This document shows, piece by piece, positions 1 to 10,440 of a DNA stretch of 64,000 nucleotides. How positions within the stretch are numbered: position 1 is the stretch's first letter; every line of letters begins with the position of its first letter. The notes below the pieces were generated by a model that was not told the DNA's origin, made no database searches, and worked only from the letters and a program-made list of their open reading frames with translations. Source of the DNA: Paragordius varius (taxonomy: Eukaryota; Animalia; Nematomorpha). The stretch is taken from positions 4,898,001 through 4,962,000 of the forward strand of contig OZ176055.1 in NCBI GenBank assembly GCA_964247055.1, read 5' to 3'. Both the position numbers and the translations under genes were made by a program.

Positions 1-633
1 ATGGACAAGATTTTAACATAAATAATATAGAATATAGTTCAATTAGTTTTGTCTGATTAAACTTGTTTATCAGCTTCTAAGGTCTTTAAAATTTGGCATA
101 TAACACAGTGCGTCAAGTTTTAGCTTTTTGTTCCAATCCGACCTTTGATTTGTCTAAAAGAGAAATATTGATCATATATATCTTTTTCCACCAGGACCCC
201 TCATGAGCCGCTACACCTCAAAATTCGCTAATCTATTGATGATTCATGTTTTTGGCACCATATAACTTAAAAATATTTAGAGTTGAATCTTTAATTTATA
301 AATGTTAAAAACAACACTAGTATTCTTTAACAATTTTAATTGTTTTAAAATATTTTTTACAGATCTAAATAAATAAAATATTATTAATTTTAGGGAATTG
401 GTATACCCTGACTGCAGTTTAATGGGAGGAATACATATAATAATGAAGTAAAAGTTATAATATTAACTAAAAACGTGCATTTTCTATAGATTAGCAAACT
501 TTGAGTATAAGCGCGGAGCACGGTAAAAAGATTTATATATTTAAATCAGAAAAAAATTAATAGTATAAATTGCAAGGCGGTCTTGTTAATTGGTCCTAGC
601 CTTTTCCTCTAGAACGTAAAAAAATTCTTTCTA

Positions 634-661
634 CCAGGTGCATTCATAAATTTTACCGGTT
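634..661. repeat. Putative 28-bp mariner terminal inverted repeat (3' end of the element), flanked by TA
   Basis: TA (632-633) is followed by CCAGGTGCATTCATAAATTTTACCGGTT, about 25 bp beyond the transposase stop. It has the same CCAGGTG start and CGGTT end as the Mos1 28-bp TIR. A matching partner TIR near 1700-1900 was not found. Confidence 0.7.
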
Positions 662-686
662 AGTAAAAATGAAAGTAATATTTATT

Positions 687-1530
687 TTATTCAAAAAATT
701 GTCTTGGCTTCTAGCACATTTTTCCATCTCTCAGGTAGTATATGAATGCCATGCCAGAAAATTGATTGTCCAATACAGAATACCATTCTTCAAGCCATTT
801 AAGACGTCCTTTAAATTATTGAGCTGCTGCTCTGCGAGGGGCTTCCCATCGATGCAAAGTTGTATTACTCAGATGGCGCCAGGTCAGGGGCGTTTAGCGT
901 ATGCAGAAAAAAAAACTTTAACTGGTATCGTTGTGTGAGACAAAGAATTGTTAACCAAAAATCATGCCATGTTTTCTGGTTCTTCCGGCTGTTTTTCGAT
1001 TAATGCATGGGTTTAATTAGACATTATTTTAACGATAGTGCTGTGTATTAACCACGCTCAAAAGTTCACAGCTTTGGTTCCCCAGAGACAGAACATGGTT
1101 TCCATGCCGTAGCTATTTGGTCTTATTGTAAATGGAACGGCTTGGCAAGGTATATATTACTTTCCATCTTTGTATTGACAAAATAAAGCCATTATCTTTG
1201 GTCCCAATTCGATGTAAAAATGATTACTTTTCGTGTCATTGTATAAGGAATTGACTAATCACTTTGCGATTTTTGATTTGACATTCATTAAAATGTGTGG
1301 AACACTACCAAGTTTATTGACCTCTTCCATTGCTCTTACACATTTTTATAGTTTTTTACATAGATGCTTCTGTCGATTTCCGCTGCTTTTCCAATATTTC
1401 TTGCTTTAATCGTCTTTGCAGTTGTGCCGTAAATCAGAAGACCCATATTCTTTCATGTGATTACTTTTAATATCCGAAACCATGTTTACATGTATTAATC
1501 GATAAAGCATGTTCACCCTATGTTTCTTAA
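687..1530 (-). pseudogene. Mariner DD34D-type transposase pseudogene with multiple frameshifts, stops and small deletions
   Basis: The motifs above fall in several different frames with intervening stops. No continuous ORF is present in the six-frame track. Confidence 0.85.
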
Positions 1531-4500
1531 TGATTTTAATATATTTGAGACATTCGCTTGCATTTAAATATGTTTTGAAATATAACATATATTCTTATTC
1601 TTATGATATTTTTTGGAATAAAGCATTTAGCTTTTATAAAAAATATAAAAGCACCAAAGATCCTGATACTTTCTATTTAAAATCGATAATGATTATTTAA
1701 CGAATGAACCGAAGGCGATTGCATTTTTTTAGTTAGTCTTCTATTCCCTACCAGTCAGAAAATTAGGTTTTTTGAAAGATACCGATTTTGAAGAAATCAT
1801 GAAAACGTGCCGACTAATTCCTATTCAAAAGAAATCGATTGAATAATTGCGTGGAATGTCACAGCGCTATTTCGTATTAACTTGTCAATTCAGCCATGTA
1901 AAAATGGTTATTAAAAATATTATTTAAAACATTTTTCGGAAATCGCCTAGCCCATTCGAGTTGAAAGTGGAAATTTTGTATACATTTTTAGATGCCCGAG
2001 AGAGCTATTGTTTAATTAGCTGCATATAGTCACTCCCTTAAAATGACGCGTTTCCCGAAAAAAATTTAAAAAGCCTTTATACCATTTTTTGGCAGAGTAG
2101 TGTCCTATTTTATAAATGATTTCACTTAGTGCCTATGATGATAATTAATTGGGTTTTTTTAAATAGCCGCATGATATGATTTACCGTCCGTAAAATACAC
2201 CTTGAAATAAATATCATGCAAAACTTAATATACGATAAAGGTCAATTCACTTTTTTATGGCCTTGGATTAGTAGTCACATGTTATGTGTTATGTAATATG
2301 AAAATTAAAACTTTTGTCATACTTTTAAAAAAATTTGAATAGTTTTATATAAGGAACTGGTATATGGGACAGTTAATAAGCAATTATGAGATGTCAATAA
2401 TATGAGAAAAAACCCTGTAATGAGATGGTTAACTAAAATTCTATTAAAATATGGGTTTGTATTAGTTGGAATTTTGAAATTTTAATAGTTTTTTTAAAAA
2501 TCGGTTCTGAAACCGATAAAAATGTGAAGTGCAGGAACCAGGACCAGAAAATTTTTAAAAACCTTTTAGCTTTAAATATTGTTTAACTTTTATATAAAAA
2601 ACATCTGATATGCCTTATTTATTAGTATCCTTTAACACTTGGATACAAGAATTTCAATCCTTCGATTCAAATTGGGGTAGTTGGATACCCCAGGCCTGTT
2701 AAAAATTAAATATAAAAAATATGGAATGAACCTAAACCATGGCAAAAATTTACACATTTATAACATTAATGAACCGAAAATCAATGTCCAATTTACATTA
2801 GTCACCGCTCGACATAATTACTGTTTTTACATTCTCTTAAGATTGCATCAAACTATAAAATGTGTATCATTACATAAACTAGACCCCGCGATTAAAAATC
2901 GGCTCTCAGTTACCCCTCGATGAAATTATTATTTTTTAAGTTAACAAAAACAATTAAGTTATATAACATGTCCCCGCTGACAAATTAGTGTTTTGACATT
3001 CTCTTAGTAAGAGTACATCAAACTATACAGATAGTTTGACAAACTCTTTCATATCCGATTTTGACAAAGATATTGTAAATCAATGTACAAAATCAGCATG
3101 TGTATCATTACATAAACTAGACTTTGCAATTAAAAATCGGCTCTTAGTCACCGCTAGATAAAATACTGTTTTTACATTCTCTTAGTAAGATTGCATCAAA
3201 CTATACAGAGAGTTTAACAAACTGTTTCATATTCGATTTTTACCGATAATTAAATTAAAATCATGATGCATATCATAACATTAACTAGACTTTGCAATTA
3301 AAAATCAGCTCTTAGTCACCGCTCGATAAAATTACTATTTTTACATTTCTCTTATAAGTCTGCATTAATCACAGATAATATGACATGCGTATCATTACAG
3401 AATTAAACTTTGGAATTAAATATCGGAGATTAGTCACGGTTAAACCATTTAGTGTTTTGACATTCTCTTAGGAAGTATACATCAAACTATACAGATAGTT
3501 TGACAAACTCTTTCATATCCAATTTTGACATAAATCAATGTACAAAACAGCATACATTTCTTTTGGTAAGACTGCATTAATCACAAATAATATGACATGC
3601 GTATCATTACAAAATTAAATTTTGGAATTAAATATCGGATATTAGACACCGTTGGACCATTTAGTGTTTTGACATTCTCTTAGTAAGTTTACATCAAACT
3701 ATACAGATAGTTTGACAAACTCTTTCATATCCAATTTTGACATAAATCAATGTACAAAATCAGCATGTGTATCATTACATAAACTCGACTTTGCGATTAA
3801 AAATTGGCTCTTAGCCACCGCTAGATAAAATTATTATTTTTACATTTCTTTTGGTAAGACTGCATTAATCACAAATAATATGACATGCGTATCTTTACAG
3901 AATTAAAGTTTGGAATTAAATATCGGATATTAGTCACCGTTAAACCATTTAGTGTTTTGACATTCTCTTAGGAAGTATACATCAAACTATACAGATAGTT
4001 TGACAAACTCTTTCATATCCAATTTTGACATAAATCAATGTACAAAATCAGCATGTGTATCATTACATAAACTAGACTTTGCGATTAAAAATCGGCTCTT
4101 AGTCACCGCTAGATAAAATTACCATTTTTACATTTTTCTTGGTAAGACTGCATCGTTTGAGCAATTAAACTTTACAATTGTAAAAAGCGAAAAGGAATTT
4201 ATTATTGCATGTTGCATTATATATAGTTTTAAGACAAGGTTCCATTTTTGCATTAGGTTAAATATTACAATATTTAGATGAAAGAAGTCACAACAAAGTT
4301 ATATATTTGCATAAGGTTCAATATTACAGTATTTAGGTGAAAGCATTCACAACCAATATACTTTTTTAGCGTAACAAGGACAAAGGTGTATTATGCACTA
4401 AGGTAAGAGAGAATAATATTATATTTTCATAAGTTAACTATTATAAGGTCATTGAGTTAAGTTAACAAAAACAATTAAGTTATATAACATGTCCCCGCTG

Positions 4501-5232
4501 ACAAAATAGTGTTTTGACATTCTCTTAGTAAGAGTACATCAAACTATACAGATAGTTTGACAAACTCTTTCATATCCGATTTTGACAAAGATATTGTAAA
4601 TCAATGTACAAAATCAGCATGTGTATCATTACATAAACTAGACTTTGCAATTAAAAATCGGCTCTTAGTCACCGCTCGATAAAATTACTATTTTTACATT
4701 TCTCTTGTAAGTCTGCATTAATCACAGATAATATGACATTAAACTTTGGAATTAAATATCGGAGATTAGTCACCGTTAAACCATTTAGTGTTTTGACATT
4801 CTCTTAGGAAGTATACATCAAACTATACAGATAGTTTGACAAACTCTTTCATATCCAATTTTGACAAAAATCAATGTACAAAATGGGCATGTGTATCATT
4901 ACATAAACTCGACTTTGCGATTAAAAATCGGCTCTTAGCCACCGCTAGATAAAATTATTATTTTTACATTTCTTTTGGTAAGACTGCATTAATCACAAAT
5001 AATATGACATGCGTATCATTACAAAATTAAACTTTGGAATTAAATATCGGATATTAGACAAGTTTACATCTATACAGATAGTTTGAGAAACTCTTTCATA
5101 TCCAATTTTGACATAAATCAATGTACAAAATCAGCATGTGTATCATTACATAAACTAGACTTTGCGATTAAAAATCGGCTCTTAGTCACCGCTAGATAAA
5201 ATTACTATTTTTACATTTTTCTTGGTAAGACT

Positions 5233-5600
5233 GCATCGTTACAGCAATTAAACTTTACAAGTGTAAAAAGCGAAAAGGAATTTATTATTGCATATTGCAT
5301 TATATATAGTTTTAAGACAAGGTTGCATTTTTGCATTAAATTAAATATTACAATATTTAGATGAAAGAAGTTACAACAAAGTTATATATTTGCATAAGGT
5401 TCAATATTACAGTATTTAGGTGAAAGCATTCACAACCAAGATAATATACTTTTTTAGCGTAACAAGGACAAAGGTGTATTATGCACTAAGGTAAGAGAGA
5501 ATAATATTATATTTTCATAAGTTTACTATTATAAGGTCAATTGAGTTAAGTTAACAAAAACAATTAAGTTATATAACATGTCCCCGCTGACAAAATAGTG
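5233..5600 (+). repeat. Long interspersed satellite module E (example copy); about 35 copies in the window, ~13 long (~360 bp) and ~22 short (~170 bp)
   Basis: Starts GCATCGTTACAGCAATTAAACTTTACAATTGTAAAAAGCG. Copies counted by eye include 5233, 6364, 8312, 10441, 13131, 14725, 16107, 18797, 20179, 26261, 27643, 29317, 31892 and onward to 63489. The short form joins ...CATAAGGT to AATCAATGTAC (e.g. 8479/8480). Confidence 0.9.
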
Positions 5601-8600
5601 TTTTGACATTCTCTTAGTAAGAGTACATCAAACTATACAGATAGTTTGACAAACTCTTTCATATCCGATTTTGACAAAAATATTGTAAATCAATGTACAA
5701 AATAAGCATGTGTATCATTACATAAACTAGACTTTGCGATTAGAAATCGGCTCTTAGTCACCGCTCGATATACTTAGTAATTTTATATTTCTCTTGTAAG
5801 ACTGCATTAATCACAGATAATATGACATGCGTATCATTACAGAATTAAACTTTGGAATTAAATATCGGATATTAGACACCGTTGGATCATTTAGTGTTTT
5901 AACATTCTCTTAGGAAGTATACATCAAACTATACAGATAGTTTGACAAACTCTTTCATATCCAATTTTAGCATAAATCAATGTATATCAGCATGTGTATC
6001 ATACGTTGCGATTAAAAATCGGCTCTTAGCCACCGCTAAATAAAATTATTATTTTTACATTTCTTTTGGTAAGACTGCATTAATCACAGATAATATGACA
6101 TGCGTATCATTACAAAATTAAACTTTGGAATTAAATATCGGATATTAGTCACTGTTAAACCATTTAGTGTTTTGACATTCTCTAGGAAGTATACATCAAA
6201 CTATACAGATAGTTTGAGAAACTCTTTCATATCCAATTTTGACATAAATTAATGTACAAAATCAGCATGTGTATCATTACATAAACTAGACTTTGCGATT
6301 AAAAATCGGCTCTTAGTCACCGCTAGATAAAATTACTATTTTTACATTTTTCTTGGTAAGACTGCATCGTTACAGCAATTAAACTTTACAATTGTAAAAA
6401 GCGAAAAGGTATTTATTATTGCATATTGCATTATATATAGTTTTAAGACAAGGTTGCATTTTTGCATTAGGTTAAATATTACAATATTTAGATGAAAGAA
6501 GTCACAACAAAGTTATATATTTGCATAAGGTTCAATATTACAGTATTTAGGTGAAAGCATTCACAACCAAGATAATATACTTTTTTAGCGTAACAAGGAC
6601 AAAGGTGTATTATGCACTAAGGTAATTATATTTTCATAAGTTAACTATTATAAGGTCATTGAGTTAAGTTAACAAAAACAATTAAGTTATATAACATGTC
6701 CCCGCTGACAAAATAGTGTTTTGACATTCTCTTAGTAAGAGTACATCAAACTATACAGATAGTTTGACAAACTCTTTCATATCCGATTTTGACAAAGATA
6801 TTGTAAATCAATGTACAAAATCAGCATGTGTATCATTACATAAACTAGACTTTGCAATTAAAAATTGGCTCTTAGTCACCGCTAGATAAAATACTGTTTT
6901 TACATTCTCTTAGTAAGATTGCATCAAACTATACAGAGAGTTTAACAAACTGTTTCATATTCGATTTATACCGATAATTAAATTAAAATCATGATGCATA
7001 TCATAACATTAACTAGACTTTGCAATTAAAAATCGGCTCTTAGTCACCGCTCGATAAAATTACTATTTTTACATTTCTCTTGTAAGTCTGCATTAATCAC
7101 AGATAATATGACATGCGTATCATTACAGAATTAAACTTTGGAATTAAATATCGGATATTAGACACCGTTGGACCATTTAGTGTTTTGACATTCTCTTAGG
7201 AAGTATACATCAAACTATACAGATAGTTTGACAAACTCTTTCATATCCAATTTTGACATAAATCAATGTACAAAATGGGCATGTGTATCATTACATAAAC
7301 TAGACTTTGCAATTAAAAATCGGCTCTTAGTCACCGCTAGATAAAATACTGTTTTTACATTCTCTTAGTAAGATTGCATCAAACTATACAGAGACTTTAA
7401 CAAACTGTTTCATATTCGATTTATACCGATAATTAAATTAAAATCATGAAGCATATCATAACATTAACTAGACTTTGCAATTAAAAATCGGCTCTTAGTC
7501 ACCGCTCGATAAAATTACTATTTTTACATTTCTCTTGTAAGTCTGCATTAATCACAGATAATATGACATGCGTATCATTACAGAATTAAACTTTGGAATT
7601 AAATATCGGAGATTAGTCACGGTTAAACCATTTAGTGTTTTGACATTCTCTTAGGAAGTATACATCAAACTCTTTCATATCCAATTTTGACATAAATCAA
7701 TGTACAAAACAGCATACATTTCTTTTGGTAAGACTGCATTAATCACAAATAATATGACATGCGTATCATTACAAAATTAAATTTTGGAATTAAATATCGG
7801 ATATTAGACACCGTTGGACCATTTAGTGTTTTGACATTCTCTTAGTAAGTTTACATCAAACTATACAGATAGTTTGACAAACTCTTTCATATCCAATTTT
7901 GACATAATTCAATGTACAAAATCAGCATGTGTATCATTACAAAAACTCGACTTTGCGATTAAAAATCGGCTCTTAGCCACCGCTAGATAAAATTATTATT
8001 TTTACATTTCTTTTGGTAAGACTGCATTAATCACAAATAATATGACATGCGTATCTTTACAGAATTAAAGTTTGGAATTAAATATCGGATATTAGACACC
8101 GTTGGACCATTTAGTGTTTTGACATTCTCTTAGTAAGTTTACATCAAACTATACAGATAGTTTGACAAACTCTTTCATATCCAATTTTGACATAAATTAA
8201 TGTACAAAATCAGCATGTGTATCATTACATAAACTAGACTTTGCGATTAAAAATCGGCTCTTAGTCACCGCTAGATAAAATTACTATTTTTACATTTTTC
8301 TTGGTAAGACTGCATCGTTACAGCAATTAAACTTTACAATTGTAAAAAGCGAAAAGGAATTTATTATTGCATATTGCATTATATATAGTTTTAAGACAAG
8401 GTTGCATTTTTGCATTAGGTTAAATATTACAATATTTAGATGAAAGAAGTCACAACAAAGTTATATATTTGCATAAGGTAATCAATGTACAAAATCAGCA
8501 TGTGTATCATTACATAAACTAGACTTTGCAATTAAAAATAAGCTCTTAGTCACCGCTAGATAAAATACTGTTTTTACATTCTCTTAGTAAGATTGCATCA

Positions 8601-10440
8601 AACTATACAGAGAGTTTAACAAACTGTTTCATATTCGATTTATACCGATAATTAAATTAAAATCATGATGCATATCATAACATTAACTAGACTTTGCAAT
8701 TAAAAATCGGCTCTTAGTCACCGCTCGATAAAATTACTATTTTTACATTTCTCTTGTAAGTCTGCATTAATCACAGATAATATGACATGCGTATCATTAC
8801 AGAATTAAACTTTGGAATTAAATATCGGATATTAGACACCGTTGGACCATTTAGTGTTTTGACATTCTCTTAGGAAGTATACATCAAACTATACAGATAG
8901 TTTGACAAACTCTTTCATATCCAATTTTGACATAAATCAATGTACAAAATGGGCATGTGTATCATTACATAAACTAGACTTTGCAATTAAAAATCGGCTC
9001 TTAGTCACCGCTAGATAAAATACTGTTTTTACATTCTCTTAGTAAGATTGCATCAAACTATACAGAGAGTTTAACAAACTGTTTCATATTCGATTTATAC
9101 CGATAATTAAATTAAAATCATGATGCATATCATAACATTAACTAGACTTTGCAATTAAAAAACGGCTCTTAGTCACCGCTCGATAAAATTACTATTTTTA
9201 CATTTCTCTTGTAAGTCTGCATTAATCACAGATAATATGACATGCGTATCATTACAGAATTAAACTTTGGATTTAAATATCGGAGATTAGTCACCGTTAA
9301 ACCATTTAGTGTTTTGACATTCTCTTAGGAAGTATACATCAAACTATACAGATAGTTTGACAAACTCTTTCATATCCAATTTTGACATAAATCAATGTAC
9401 AAAATCAGCATGTGTATCATTACATAAACTAGACTTTGCAATAAAAAATCGGCTCTTAGTCACCGCTAGATAAAATACTGTTTTTACATTCTCTTAGTAA
9501 GATTGCATCAAACTATACAGAGAGTTTAACAAACTGTTTCATATTCGATTTATACCGATAATTAAATTAAAATCATGATGCATATCATAACATTAACTAG
9601 ACTTTGCAATTAAAAATCGGCTCTTAGTCACCGCTCGATAAAATTACTATTTTTACATTTCTCTTGTAAGTCTGCATTAATCACAGATAATATGACATGC
9701 GTATCATTACAGAATTAAACTTTGGAATTAAATATCGGAGATTAGTCACGGTTAAACCATTTAGTGTTTTGACATTCTCTTAGGAAGTATACATCAAACT
9801 CTTTCATATCCAATTTTGACATAAATCAATGTACAAAACAGCATACATTTCTTTTGGTAAGACTGCATTAATCACAAATAATATGACATGCGTATCATTA
9901 CAAAATTAAATTTTGGAATTAAATATCGGATATTAGACACCGTTGGACCATTTAGTGTTTTGACATTCTCTTAGTAAGTTTACATCAAACTATACAGATA
10001 GTTTGACAAACTCTTTCATATCCAATTTTGACATAATTCAATGTACAAAATCAGCATGTGTATCATTACAAAAACTCGACTTTGCGATTAAAAATCGGCT
10101 CTTAGCCACCGCTAGATAAAATTATTATTTTTACATTTCTTTTGGTAAGACTGCATTAATCACAAATAATATGACATGCGTATCTTTACAGAATTAAAGT
10201 TTGGAATTAAATATCGGATATTAGACACCGTTGGACCATTTAGTGTTTTGACATTCTCTTAGTAAGTTTACATCAAACTATACAGATAGTTTGACAAACT
10301 CTTTCATATCCAATTTTGACATAAATTAATGTACAAAATCAGCATGTGTATCATTACATAAACTAGACTTTGCGATTAAAAATCGGCTCTTAGTCACCGC
10401 TAGATAAAATTACTATTTTTACATTTTTCTTGGTAAGACT

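Larger units (their letters stand above)
634..1530 (-). mobile_element. Decayed mariner (Tc1/mariner, Mos1/mauritiana-like) transposon relic; the 5' end is not confidently located
   Basis: Minus-strand translation across frameshifts gives mariner transposase motifs in the expected order: GEHALS (~1501-1520), VPH (1295-1303), SFLHRI (1206-1223), RPN..G..TM.C, HALIEK.PE, PDLAPS (871-888), FASMG (844-858), LAEQQ, WHGIH.LPE and FE-stop (TAA at 687-689). These resemble the Mos1 motifs WVPHEL, SFLHRIVTGDEKW, YSPDLAPSDYHLFASMGHALAEQ and WRGIHKLPERWEKC, recalled from memory rather than from a search. Confidence 0.88.

Noticed and set aside
669-938. 89-aa plus-strand ORF
   Set aside because: It lies antisense to the mariner pseudogene C-terminus and has no recognisable domain, so it is a shadow ORF.
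1406-1700. Short ORFs 1406-1588 (-) and 1509-1700 (+)
   Set aside because: They are low-complexity AT-rich translations overlapping the decayed mariner 5' region. The mariner motifs are mostly in other frames.
1707-1734. Possible 5' mariner TIR starting AACCG
   Set aside because: Only the first 5 bp match the reverse complement of the 634-661 TIR and there is no flanking TA in the expected position.
2681-2923. 80-aa ORF across the array boundary
   Set aside because: It starts at a non-ATG codon and its second half is translated degenerate satellite.
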